This document shows, piece by piece, positions 1 to 12,012 of a stretch of DNA of 64,000 bases. A program made the position numbers and the translations under genes. The stretch is from Mobula hypostoma (Eukaryota), in assembly GCF_963921235.1 (NCBI RefSeq), contig NC_086108.1:80540001-80604000 (forward strand). The letters run 5' to 3'. Under the pieces are notes generated by a model, which saw nothing but the letters and a program-made list of their open reading frames with translations, searched no databases and was not told where the DNA came from. Numbering within the stretch: the stretch's first letter is position 1; each line of letters opens with the position of its first letter.

Positions 1-948
1 AAAAGTCCTGGCTCTATGTTAATGTACAGTTCCCAGTCTGTCTCCAAGTTCCAGCCTCCGAGTTATCAGCCTCCGCAAGCTCAGGATCCCACACCCCAGC
101 TGGCAGTCAAGCTCAAGATCCCAGAACCCAGCCGGCAGCCAAGCTCAAGTTCCCAGAACCCAGCCGGCAGCCAAGCTCAACATCCCAGACCCCAGCCGGC
201 AGCCAAGCTCAGGTTCCCAGAACCCAGCCGGCAGCCAAGCTCAAGATCCCAGACCCCAGCCAGCAGCCAAGCTCAAGATCCCAAGCCAAGCTCCAAGAAC
301 CCAAGCCTCAAGGATCCCAAGCCAAGCTCCAAGAACCCTAGCCTCGAGGATCTCAAGCCAAGCTCCAAGAACCCTAGCCTCGAGGATCCCAAGCCAAGCT
401 CCAAGAACCCTAGCCTCGAGGATCGATCCCAAGCCAAGCTCCAAGAACACTAGCCTCGAGGATCCCAAGCCAAGCTCCAAGAACACTAGCCTCAAGGATC
501 CCAAGCCAAGCTCCAAGCTCACAACCCAAGGCCCCAGCCTGCAGCCAAGTCCAAGACCCAAGGCCCCAGCCTGCAGCCAAGTCCAAGACCCAAGACCCCA
601 GCCTCAAGCCTCAACAGCAAAGACCCCAGCCTGTTTCCAAGCTCAGGTCTCTAGACCTCAGCCACGTCCTGTCCTGAAGCCAGGTCATGTCCTTGCCTGG
701 TTCTGGGGTCTGAGCCTGAGGCAAGACCCAGGTTCTGGGTCCTTGTCCAGTCTCGGGCTCGGAGTCGAAGCCTTGTCTCCTAGTCCACGGTTTCTAGTCC
801 TGGTCCCGCTTTCCCTAGCCCAAGTCTGCGTTCTTGTCCCTGCTCCTGGTCTGAATCCTGTCACGTCCCTACTCTAGTTAAGTCCTGTTCCTTGTACTAC
901 AGTGTCTGTGTCTCACATTTGGGTCTGTTCCCAGCACCCCATTGTGAC
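1..948 (+). mobile_element. LTR-like element (3' part, truncated by window edge) with internal tandem arrays
   Basis: Ends ...cccattgtgac. 660-930 is the reverse complement of the element at ~15560-15830 (shared ggacaaggacccagaacctg...caggctcagacccc). Contains ~31-32 bp and 36 bp tandem units. Confidence 0.7.
276..517 (+). repeat. 36-bp tandem repeat (gatcccaagccaagctccaagaaccctagcctcgag), about 6 copies
   Basis: Direct reading; it produces the 12-aa DPKPSSKNPSLE periodicity of ORF 16..453. Confidence 0.9.
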
Positions 949-1555
949 TGACACACATTGGCTCACGCATCTGTGAAGGAACTTTATCTCATATAAAGAC
1001 TAGGCAACTTGCATTAATTGGAGGCTAGATATCTAATACCATTAATAATCTGGTTAGAGAAAGGTGAGCACATCTCGCAGATTCTTTAAGGAATCAAGTG
1101 TCAATCAATGCAGTGAGAGATAAACAAGGAAATGACAGAGCATATGGTTCAACGTGAGTTGTCCAAAAAAAAAACTAATATTCCTGCTTGGAAAGTGGTT
1201 TTCTTAGGCCTTAGCAGCTTCTGGGCTGATAGTTTTAGTGCTGTGGCTTAAAACCAAGTTGTTCTTTACAGAAGCTTCATAATTCAATATTTGAATCAAG
1301 CAGATTGGCGGCACTGTTAGTGATTGTCAATAGACGGCCATATTAACTAATATTCTTTTTTCTCAACTGTGTTGACACAGTATGGTGGAGGCTTACCCTT
1401 GCTGTGGGAAACTTACATAATTAAATGGCCATTAGGATTGTCTTCAAGTACAAACTAAATACAAAAAATCGGCCCAAAATTAAAAACAAATACTAAGCAG
1501 TAATAAGAAAAAATAAGTGATTGCTTCTGAAGCAGCAATTTTTAAATAAAATATA

Positions 1556-1866
1556 TGTCAAGAATGTAGAGGAGGCTTTACCCAAAAACAGAGTAATGGA
1601 GATGATTCAGCAATAAATGATAACTTTAACAGTAGACTGCAAAATAACAAACCATAAGGGGCCACAGACCAGAGAACAGATACTATACTCACAGGTAGCA
1701 AGGTAACTGTAGGCTAGGAGCAACTGGGTAAAGCTGGCTGGTTGAATGAGTGAACAAAGATTGTGGAGGAGAGCTGGGTTTAAATAGGCTGCAGGCGATG
1801 AAGTTGGAGATGAGTGGCAGATGACTCCTGTTAGCCAGGGAGGAGCCTGCATGTGCAGGCTTGATG
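1556..1866 (-). repeat. 3' LTR of the Gypsy element
   Basis: Aligns by eye with 6518-6830 (e.g. shared ctgggtttaaataggctgcagg); adjacent to the PPT. Confidence 0.85.
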
Positions 1867-1888
1867 GGACCCCCACTCCCCATGACAG

Positions 1889-2027
1889 AAGACAATCCAG
1901 ATAAATCCAGTGCAAGTACTTGATGCTCCCAAGATTTCTCCTCTGGGATGTACTCTTCACAGTCGACCAGATACTGCACACCCCGTCCATGACAATACAA
2001 ATCCATCAACCAGCAAACTGTGTACAC
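1889..2027 (-). pseudogene. Integrase C-terminal chromodomain remnant
   Basis: YTVCWLMDLYCHGRGVQYLVDCEEYIPEEKSWE resembles the chromovirus motif [29 protein letters not shown]. Confidence 0.85.
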
Positions 2028-2499
2028 CAGACACCTTCCACCATCCTTAGGTCCAGAGGGGCGGGCTCAGGTGGGTTGAGTAGTATATGGACAACAGGTT
2101 TAAGGCAGGACACATGGAGGATAGATGTGATCCTGAGAGACAGTGGCAGATAGAGATGTTAAGTGTCTGGATTGATACGATGGGTAATCTTAAAGAGACC
2201 AATGAACAGGGACGAGAGCTTGCGGGAGTCGTTGGGCAGGGGCTGAACTAGAGTGGATAGCCAGACATGGTCTCCAGGTCTGAATAGTCTGGCTGGGCAC
2301 CGACGGCAGTTAGCCTGGCAGCAGTAGGCATGGTTGGCAGATAGGATCGCCCGCCATACCTTCTCCCAAGTGTTCCAGCATTGGTGAACCAGGGCCCTAG
2401 TGGACGGAACCTCCACCATTAGATTCTTCATGGGAAACAACAGGATTTGGTGGCCATGAAGCATTTCAAAGGGTGATATATATGTGGCAGAAGAGGTTT

Positions 2500-3327
2500 C
2501 AAGGGTTTCAAAGGTACATTTAATGTCAGAGAAATGTAAATAATATACATCCTGAAATGCTTTTTCTTCACAACCATCCACAAAAACAGAGGAGTGCCCC
2601 CAAAGAATGAAAGACAGTTAAATATTAGAACCCCAAACTCCCCCCCAGCTCTCCCCTCCCATGTGTAGCAGTAACAAACAACAAGTCTCCGTCTCCCATC
2701 AGCAAAAAAAAAGCATCAGCACCCACCACTGAACACTCAAGCGTGAGCAAGGCAACAGCAAAGACACAGACTTGCAGTACTCCAAGGATTACATTGCTCA
2801 CTCAGCATTCGACATACCACAGGCACTCTCTCTCTCTCTCTAATAAGGGAGAGAGAGATGTCTCCATTTCACAGCGAGAGGGGAGATATAACAAACAACT
2901 CGCTGGTTTATGATGTTAAAAGTCCATTGCATCGCTTTTTCCAAGCTCTGTGCCCAAAGATGTCGGGTCTTTGGGCACAGAGACTTGGATCGTCCATCTT
3001 CCATGACACACCAGTCTTCTGCTCGGACACTGACCCCCGATTCCCAACCCCCGCCACCGTCTCCACGGCCACGGAAACTCAGTCCTCTGAAGGCGAGTGG
3101 AGCTCTTAGGCCAGGCCCTTGGCGTGCTGAACAATGGCCAGTAGTGAAACGCCGAGAGCGGGTCCCATTCCCACAATGAACCATAATCAGCATGTAACTC
3201 CAGGTCAGTGTCTTCAAAAGAACCCTGAAAGGGAAAAATAGAGATATTAAGGATGGAAATAAAGCTGTTTCCGAAGATGCAAGCAAAGGAGTTACCGTTA
3301 GACACCGTTAACCCTCCGAAGTTCCTC
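2500..3327 (-). mobile_element. Non-coding non-autonomous retroposon with Rex1-like 3' tail, inserted in the Gypsy integrase
   Basis: Splits integrase between WAKLSQKL (~3330) and TSSATYISPFE (~2497). Tail (caaaggtacatttaatgtcagagaaatgt..) resembles the tails at ~12222 and ~36295. Boundaries approximate. Confidence 0.65.
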
Positions 3328-4606
3328 GTTCAGCTTTTGGGACAGCTTAGCCCAGAGCAGATACTTCTGCCATATGGAAGGGTTAGAGGTGGTGAAGCGT
3401 TGCAATAACTTCTTCAGTTGCTGATTGGCTCTTTCTGACTGTCCAGTGGTCTGTGGATGATAGCCAGAAGACAAACTCATGGAACTGCAGGGGAGGGAGC
3501 AGAACTTTCACTAGAAATGGGAAATGAATTGTGGGCAGTGGTCTGACACAATGTCCTGGGGGAAGCCATGGAAACGAATTACATGTTGGAGAACCAGGTC
3601 TGTCATCTCAATGGCTGGCAGAAGTGGCCCACCTTGGAGAGATGGTTCCCTACTGCCATGATCACCGTGGCACCATTGGAAGGAGGCAAACCCATGATAT
3701 GGTGATGTGGGACCATGGGTGTCAAGGACTGGCAGGAGACCAGAGGGCCACTGGTTGGTGGAATTGAACTGGGCAGCAATGAACTGATGTACATCTGCGA
3801 CCATGGTGGGCCACCGGAGCCACTGTCATGTGTCCGGATAGCTGGACAAGGATGAGGAGTGGGCCCACCTGAGTCCCTCAGAGTGCACAACCACCAGCAC
3901 ATAGATGTGGTTGTCAGTTGTATCAGCCAGGACAGGCTCATGATGTAGGTCTTGGCAGATCTGGTTCTCAAGGTCCCAGATGATCCTGGTGAGGATCTGG
4001 GAGGATGGGCTGAGGGCTGATTTCCGCTTCTGCTGGGTGGAACTGCTGAGACAGAACTGGGTTGGTAGGAGATGGTAAAGTTGAAGAAGAGAGCAGCAAG
4101 CCTGACATGGGCTGAGTTGGCAGATCTGTTGAATGGATGTGAAGTTCTGTTGATCAGTTCAGATCAGGAAGGGCTCAGTGCTTCCCATTAGCCAGTGTTT
4201 CTATTCCCCAAGGTCCATTTGCTGAAGAGTAGCTCTTTTATCCTACTCTATAATGGTGCTGTGTAGAGTTGAACGTGTGCAAGAAGGCGGTACCAGGGTG
4301 TGTCTTCCCATTCAGTCCTTGCTGTGAGAGGATGGCCCAGGCACCCAAGTCAAATGCATCCACTTCTACCACAAAAGGTCCAGAGGAGTTTGCTGAAGGA
4401 GGTGAGACGAGCAGTGATTTGGCTGCAGTTCCTGATGAAATAGCAGTAGAAGTTGGAGAAGTCCAGGAAGTGCTGTAGCTGTTTGAGGGAACAAAGTCAG
4501 GGCCATGGAACGACAGCACGCACTTTCTCTAGGTCTATCATTATGCCTTCAGGTGGAAGGACGTAACTCAGGAAGGAAATGTCCTGGGTGTGGAAATGGC
4601 ATTTTT

Positions 4607-4950
4607 CTAACTTTCAGTACAGCTGGTTTTTGAAGAGACATTGAAGGACTGAACAGATGTGAAGATGTGGTCTTGGGGGTCCTTGGAGAAAATGAGGATA
4701 TCTTTGAGGTAGATGCACACATACCTGTGTAACATGTCCCAGAGGATCTTGTTGATGAAGGCTTGGAAAATGGCTGAACTGTTGGGAAGTCCGAAAGGCA
4801 TCACTAAGAATTCGTAGTGGCCAGTGGGTGCTATGAACACTGTCTTCTAGTCATCCCCCAGCGGATGTGGATCAGGTTGTACACGCTTTGTAGATCCAGT
4901 TTGGTGAAGATTTGGACCCCATGGAGATTTTTGAATCCATCATGGGGAGA
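4607..4950 (-). pseudogene. Gypsy reverse transcriptase remnant
   Basis: TKLDL..YNL, in-frame stop, then KTVFIAPTGHYEFLVMPFGLPNSSAIFQ..YVCIYLKDILIFS (YLDD mutated). Confidence 0.9.
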
Positions 4951-6517
4951 GTGTAGCAGTTCCTAATAGTAATAGCTGGAGGCTGGGATGGACACATGAA
5001 CCTATGGGGTGGTGCTTCAGCAGTGCTTCAGGGAGAACAGATAACCTTGGGAAGTGGTGTTACACAGGAGGAGCTTGATCATACAGTCATGTGGACTGTG
5101 AGGCAGCAGGGTGCTGGCCTTCCTTTTACTGATAAAAATGGCTCGTTCATGATACTCCTGTGGAAGTTTGGTGAAGTCAAGGGTTTCCTCCGTTTTCACG
5201 GATTTACAGGGTGAGGTCAGCTGAGGTTGCAAGCAGCTGTTCAGTCAGGTGAGTCCCCAAATAACCAGGTGAAGTGAGAGTCGTGAGTGGAGATCCAGGG
5301 GTAACTCAAGGTGAGCAGTGTGTTGGGTGTATCAATCAGGAGGATTTGAATGGACTCACAGTGCTCTCTGATACTCATGTGCACAGGCCGTGCGTGTGCT
5401 CTGAACATTCCAGACCCTGAGGGATGGTGGTAAATGGCAGTGATGCAGAAGGGGTGAGAGATAGGCTTGGTAGGGCATCCAGTCTGCACACACACAGAGA
5501 CCAGTCCAGAAAGTTGCCTGCTGCACTGAACTCCAGTGGAGCCTCTTATGTGCAGAGAGCTGTCAGAGTGTGGAGGAGGACAGAGACAGTGAGTCGGGCT
5601 CTGATGCTGAACAAGCGGCCAGGGCGAGCTTACCAGAAAGAAGGCCCCTTGTTTCTATGTGGTGGTGCTGTCTTCCGGGACGCAGTGAGCATTTGCTGCA
5701 CGGGCTATCAGCGGCTCTGCAGTAAGCGCACAAGTTATTTCTCAACCGACGCTGGCGACTTTTGCAGGGTGAACGGAGCTCTGCCTTATTGCATGGGTAC
5801 TGGAGGGATTGCTGATGAAGGTCCTGCAGCCTGACATGGTTCTCCGAATGGAACTGGGGTTCTGGCTGATGATCTGGAGGGTTGTTCCATAAGACACTTG
5901 TCAATTCGAAGGGCCAGGATGATGAGGCTTTCGAGGTCGGTGGTCATCTCCCAGCTAGACAGGTCACCTTTCTAGTGCTCCAAGAGACTGTGATGAGAAG
6001 GAGCCAGTAGTGCTTCCGCATACCAGCCACAGTCCCTTGTGAGGGTGTTGAATTCCATAGTGTATTCCAGCACAGAGCCCTCATGCAGGTGACTATCTAA
6101 TCTGCTGCCTTCCTTCAACTTCCTGGATGGTCAAAAATTCAGTGGTGAATTTCTCATATTTATTGCAAATGGTGGTTTTGTTGACCCCGTTGGCGGCAGC
6201 CCAGGTCAGAGCTCGCCACAAGAGAGAAGTGATGAAGGCAACCTTGGCTCTGTCTGTAGATGGCTGGAGCTCGACACATAAGACACTCTGGGACAGGAAG
6301 TTGCAGCACCGGGTTGGGGATCGAAGTGTTCAGGGGCCAGAATCCAGGGCTCAGAGAGAGGGGGTTGACTGTCACAGGGTTGCTGTATCGAGATAGAGAG
6401 ATGGAAGAGAGTAGTGAGGCAATAGTCAATGGTTTCCTGCTGCTTCCGGATCATGCTGAAGGACGACCTCCTTTAGGCAAGCATACTCTGCTGGGTCAAC
6501 TGCAGCTTCACTCATAC

Positions 6518-6830
6518 TGTCAGGAAATGCTGAGGAGGTTTTACTCAAAATCAGAGCAGCAAAGAAAATTCAGCAATGAATGATAACTTTAATAATAGGC
6601 TACAAAAATAACAAGCCATAAGTGGCCACAAAGTGAGAGAAAACAGATACTAAACTCACAAGAAGCAAGGTAACTGAAAGCTAAGAACAACTGGTTGAGT
6701 TGCTCTGGTTCAAAGAGTGAACAAAGCTTGCGGCTGAGAACTGGGTTTAAATAGGCTGCAGGAGATGAAGCTGGAAATGAGTAGCTGGTGCCTCTGCGCC
6801 TGGGAGGAGCCCAAATGTGCAAGCCTGACA
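6518..6830 (-). repeat. 5' LTR of the Gypsy element
   Basis: tgtca...tgaca termini; homologous to 1556-1866. Confidence 0.88.
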
Positions 6831-6996
6831 GTATGAAAGCTGACATTTTTCTGTCGTTGCAATTTGGTCAATATATGAATCCAGAGTCTTGGTGATAGAG
6901 TTGACTTTCATTTCGAGTGGGTTTAGCAACCTATTCAGTTGTAACAAGGTGTAATGACTTTTGCTATACAGAATTTGATATGTACAAAATAATTGA

Positions 6997-7358
6997 ATAC
7001 AACATTATGAGGGGTCTAGATGAGGTAAATGCAAGCAGGCTTTTTCCGTTGAGGTTAGGTGAGACTACAACTAGAGGTCGTGGGTTAAGGGTGAAAGGTG
7101 AAATGTTTAAGCAGAACATGAGGGGAATCTTCTTCACTCAGTGGAATGAGCTGGAAGTGCAAGTGGCGGGTGCGGGTTTTATTTCAGCATTTAGGAGAAG
7201 TTAGGAGAAGTTTGGATAAGTATATGGATAGGAGGGGTATGGAGGGTTATATTCCAGGTGCATGTCGGTGGGACTAGGCAGAGTTACAGTTTGGCATGGA
7301 CTAGATGGGCTGAAGGTCCTGGTACTATCCTGTAGTGCTCTATAACTCTGTGATTCTA
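6997..7358 (+). mobile_element. CR1 LINE 3' end
   Basis: YNIMRGLDEVNASRLFPL..TRGRGLRVKGE ORF2 C-terminus plus short-repeat tail (ctataactctgtgattcta). Confidence 0.85.
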
Positions 7359-8899
7359 AGGTTTTCTCAGGGCACTCAGTAATAGACATTGAAAGCAGGC
7401 CTTGCCACCAATGTCTACTAAGTAAAATGGAGTTCACCAGAATACTTTCCAATATCTCAGTTGGAGGGTGTGGGAAGTCAGAGGCAGTTGGTGTGGAACG
7501 TCAAATATGGAATTGTATTGGTTGGGAAGGTAGTGGTGGACGATAAGAGTTTTAAGCATAGAAACAGAGAAAGAGAGAGAGGGACAGAGTTAGAAACTGT
7601 ACTATACAAATGTATCCCACTGGTTGTTTAAAACATTGTGTCATGATACACATCTTTAAAAAATTGTCACTTCTGTTGAAGCATCTTGACCTGAAATGTT
7701 GACTGTCCATTTCCCTCCATAGATGCTGCATAACCCACTGAATTTTGTGTTGTTTTAACATGTTTTGGCCAAGCTGTTGCCTTGGTGCTGAGTTACAACA
7801 TCGATCCGCTTCAAGTTTCTGAGATCAATGCTGGTGAGCATTGAGTATTTCACAACAGGCTAGACAAGATCAGACTTGGTTGTGATGTCTCTTCACTGAA
7901 GATTAAGTGGTGAACATTCAAGATAGCACTTGAAGAATAACTACTGGTTGGTGAAACTGGTGCCCAAATTCAGTCGGAAATGTGGGGAGGAAATCAAGCA
8001 CAAATAGAAATACTTCATTAGCCTCGTGAAGGCCTGGATATTTAGTTAGTGAAGAAATTTCTCGTTCATCAAGAAACAAAATGGATTTTCTTGCAAGAAG
8101 GAATGATTTTAATACATCAGCAGTATACTCTTATCTTCCTTACTGACACAGTACAGGACAGGCTGAGACAGAAGCTTGATTTCCAAGAAATAATCTATGT
8201 AATAGTATTTCAACGGTGACCTATATCAGTAAGCAAAAATGTTCTAACACAAGTCCTAAAATTGAACTTGGACCCTGCACACTCCCTTTCTAGGTTGTGA
8301 ATCATGGAGAAATGTAATATTAAATATTTAATACTGTAACTTCGTGACTGAAAGGAAAAGGAACAGTGCCTTGCAAGGTACACATTGTCAGCAGTGCCCT
8401 GATCGAAAGATACACACAATATCTGGCATTTCTAGCAACCTTTCATTTTGACTGACAGCAGCCACTTTGCTTCAGCAATTGTTACTTATATTTTAATGAG
8501 CTGTTTCAGGCTGAAGATGGCAGAAGGTTGAAAAGGAAGCTGAAGTACACAGGGACACAAGAAAATAGAAGCAGTAATCGGCCAGCAGACCCTCAAGCCT
8601 GCTTTGCTGTTCAACATGCTCATGGCTGATCCATACTGACCTCAACTCCTCCTCTGTGTCAGTTCCCCAGTCTTTCATATATTTATCCATCTCTTGATTA
8701 AATGTATCTGACCACAACGACCCGCGGTCTTAAAGAATTCCAGGGATTCCAGATGTAGTGGTCACAAATGTGTGCTTTGAGGAAGACGTCAAAGAACATT
8801 AAAAAATATGGTCATTCAAAATGCTTCAGGATGGACAGTAGTTCAGGAAGAGATTCCAGGATTAATTGATGGAGTGGAAAAAAAGACAAAGGGAAATAT

Positions 8900-10400
8900 A
8901 CGGAAATAAACTACACAGGAGTAGAACCCAAGAATTGTTGTATCAGGTCAAAACACTGCATGGTGGAGAGGGATGGTTAAGGGTCAGTGGAAGAGGAAGG
9001 GGGTGAGACAGGGGCTACGAGCCAGTGAGGGGTGATGGATAACAGGAAGATGGAGCCAAATAAGGGAAGAGGAGCATGAGGTAGGTAGACAGAGTCAGGA
9101 GAAGGCAGACAAAACAAAACGCAGATGGAATTACATGGGGGAAGGAGAGGATTAAGGTGGAAACAGTTAGGACAATGATACGCAGGAACGCATAGGTTAC
9201 CAGTGCCAACTGGGGAGAAATGGAAGGGCAGATGGAAGAGGAGGGATAGATTGAGGAAAATAGGTGGGTAATAGGTAGATAGATGGAGAGGGAAAGGGAT
9301 GTAAATGGGTGGTAGGAGACTGAAGGGAGTCCACAGAAATAGGGGGCAAGGATGGGAAGATCAGAAGGGAAACACAAATTCAAGTTTACCTGAAATTGGA
9401 AAATTCAATCTTCATACTGTTGGATTGTAGACCACCCAGGCAGAACATGAGATCTTGTTCCTCAGGTGGTGGGGAAAGTTGGAATAGGAAGGAGAGTTGA
9501 AACACTGCAAAGAATGACTTTTAGGACAAGGCGCAGGTGTTGTATAAATCCATTGCCTAGTTTGCACCTTGCATCTCTAATATAGAGCAGGCCACATCTT
9601 GAGCACTGAATTCAGTAGACAAGGTTGGAGGAATCTTTGCCTCACCTGGAGGGGCTGGTTAGGTCCAGAGAGTCACAGAGGAGGTGGTCTCTATGGAAGG
9701 AGAAATTAGGGAAGAGAACAAGATATGGTTAGTGGTGGAATCATGTTGCAGCTGGCAGAAGTGATTTGGCATGTTTGAGGCTAAAGCTGGCATGGTGAAA
9801 GGTGAGAATTAGGTGAACTCTATCTCCTTTCCGTTTCAACAGACATGGGATGAAAGCAGAAGTCCAGGAAACAGAGGAAGTGCAAAAGCATCTTCCACCA
9901 TCCACAATGGAAGGGAAGCCATGTTTCCTGACAAAGGAGGACATTTCAGAAGTCCTAGAATAGAAGGCCTTTTCTTGATAACAGATGCAGTATGTGTGGA
10001 GAAACTGAAAGAAAGGGCATCATCCTTACAGAGAAAAAGGTGGAAAGAGATGGTGTCTGAGTGGTTGTGAGATTCAGTGGATTTACAGTGAACATCAGTG
10101 GACAGTTTGTTTCCCGAGATAGAGATAGAAAGATCCATATAGAAGAGAAATGTGTCAGACATATTCCAAGTGACCTTGAGAGCAGGATGGAAATTTATAG
10201 TGAAGGTGATAAATTTGATGAATTCTGTATTGGTGCAGGAAGCAGCACCACATTGCCAACAAAAAGGCAGATGTAGCTAGGACCAATGTAAGTACCCATG
10301 GCTACAGCATTGACTTATAGAAAGTGAAAGAAGTCAAAAGGTTATTTGTTCAGGAAAACAACGATGTCCAGAAAATGGAGAGGAGGTTCAGAAATGGTCC
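8900..10400 (-). mobile_element. Old Penelope-like element fragment (RT C-terminus, GIY-YIG end, purine/pyrimidine-biased tail)
   Basis: LSTDVHCKSTESHNHSD..CKDDALSFS resembles PLE RT (LSTDIHYKPTDSHSY..CKDAIPFS). 9395-9465 is rc of an EEQ.L.F.LG.LQP.MN/KIEFSN-like end also seen at 48700-48770. Confidence 0.75.
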
Positions 10401-10489
10401 ATGCGAATTTGAGTGTGTGATTAAACAGGTAGTGACAGTGATAACATTGATGATTCTGGCTATTTTCCCTCTCCACCTTCGATTTTGAT

Positions 10490-10592
10490 TCAAAGTGTGA
10501 TCAATTCCTTTCTTCTCACGGATGCTGTCTGATCCACAGAGTTCCTCCGGTTGATTATTTGTGGCTCCAGATTCCAGCATCTGCAGTCTCTT
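10490..10592 (+). repeat. Penelope-terminus-derived short repeat (degenerate)
   Basis: gatgctgtctgatccacagagttcctcc...ttccagcatctgcag, same family as 49060-49145. Confidence 0.65.
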
Positions 10593-11104
10593 GCATTGTA
10601 TTTCTAGATTCTTTGTGTAATTGTTAATTGGAAAAAAAAGGGAAAAGACAAATTTTCATTGGAACTTTCACATCTCATTAGTTTAAAGTTTTTCTCCAAA
10701 ATTATTGAAGTACTTCTAAAGAGTTGTTGCTTTTGTAATGTAGCCAAAGGAGCAGACAAAAAGTGCAAAAATAATAATGAAATAACTATTGGTCAATCTG
10801 TGCCAGAATGATGAATATCACCCAGTATATAGTGAAAAACTCTCATCTTTTTCAAGAATGTGATGTTGGAATTTTAGTTCAATAAGGGAGCAAATAGTCC
10901 GAAATTCATGTGACTGCCAGAACCAGCAGGAGTGTAGATTGCACCCAGCTTGGGAGAAAACAAAGACTCCGAGACTCCAAAATATAAAATGAATCTTTAG
11001 ACTCTCAAATCAAGAATGCCTTGCAGTGAGATATGGTTGACGGGTTAATTGAGTGCATCATTATTTTTTCCTTGGTGCATTTTGCAAAGATGTAATCCTG
11101 TACA

Positions 11105-11462
11105 TGAAGGTTTATAAGGTTATGAGATGCATTGATAGACAGCTGGTATCTTTTTCCCAGGATTGAAAGGTCTAGTATCACTTAAGGTGGGGATAGGGGG
11201 AGGCCAAGTTCAAAGGAGATGTACAGTCCAAGTTTTATATACAGTACAGAGAGTGATGGCTGCCTGGAGGCAAATATGACAGAGGCATTCAAGAGACTCC
11301 CAGATAGATAAGAATGTGCTTGAAATGGTGGGATACGGACATTGTTGAGGCAGAAGGGATTAGTTCAGCCGGGCATTTGATTGCTAATTTAGTTTCTCAC
11401 GATATTATGAGCCGAACGGCCAAAGGGTCTGTTCCTATGCTCCACTCTTCGATGTTCTATCT
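11105..11462 (+). mobile_element. CR1 LINE 3' end
   Basis: gtttataaggttatgagatgcattgatag..., aagggtctgttcctatgct tail typical of the other CR1 ends in the window. Confidence 0.75.
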
Positions 11463-11931
11463 GCTGTTTATGCTCAAAAGTGAAATAAAACATATACAGT
11501 ATAACCAGAAAATTATTTTAGCAGCATCTTCAGTTTTGAATTGCAGCGTTCCAGTAAAGAGGTAACATTTTACAGCTTATAATATAGATATCACCTGCTG
11601 GTGTGCTGAATGTATTGCTAATACTCACTGAGACTCCCCTCTGAACATTAAATAAAAATTAAAAAGGCATGTAAAGCAATCCTGTGGTGTTTTGTGCTGT
11701 GTGAAAAAAGAACATGCCACAGTTCTAGTCGGGACCTGCAGTAGTTTATACCACTGCTGCATTCATTGTGGTGAAGTGAGTCACAGAATAAAGAGCACTG
11801 CATGGGAACTGTAGAGCCGTAGAACAGGATGCTGTGGAGATGAGGAAAGATGCAGGATAAAGAACCAATTAAATCCGCAGTACGCTCTGTTCCAATCTGG
11901 CTCCAAGCCACTGAGATAGAGGCGATCAAGG

Positions 11932-12012
11932 GACTCTTTGAGAGGAAACCAGAGCACCCTGAGGAAACCTACACAGTCACAGGGAGGACGCACAAAACTC
12001 CTTACAGACAGT
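11932..12012 (-). mobile_element. V-SINE (HE1-like) core fragment
   Basis: rc reads ctgtctgtaaggagttttgtgcgtcctccctgtgactgtgtaggtttcctcagggtgctctggtttcctc, matching the recalled conserved V-domain. Confidence 0.75.

Larger units (their letters stand above)
1556..6830 (-). mobile_element. Degenerate Ty3/Gypsy LTR retrotransposon (chromovirus, sushi-like)
   Basis: Related LTRs at 1556-~1866 and 6518-6830, both starting tgtca on +. Polypurine tract (rc of ggacccccactcccc) next to the left LTR. Minus-strand remnants in order gag, protease (AAGNFLD), RT (GHYEFLVMPFGL..YLKDILIFS), RNase H (FVVEVDAFDLG), integrase (SSGYHPQTTGQSERANQ), chromodomain. Many stops and frameshifts. Confidence 0.93.

Noticed and set aside
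16..453. 145-aa Pro/Ser/Lys-rich repetitive ORF
   Set aside because: Arises from 31-36 bp tandem repeats inside an LTR-like element; overlapping antisense ORFs are equally open.
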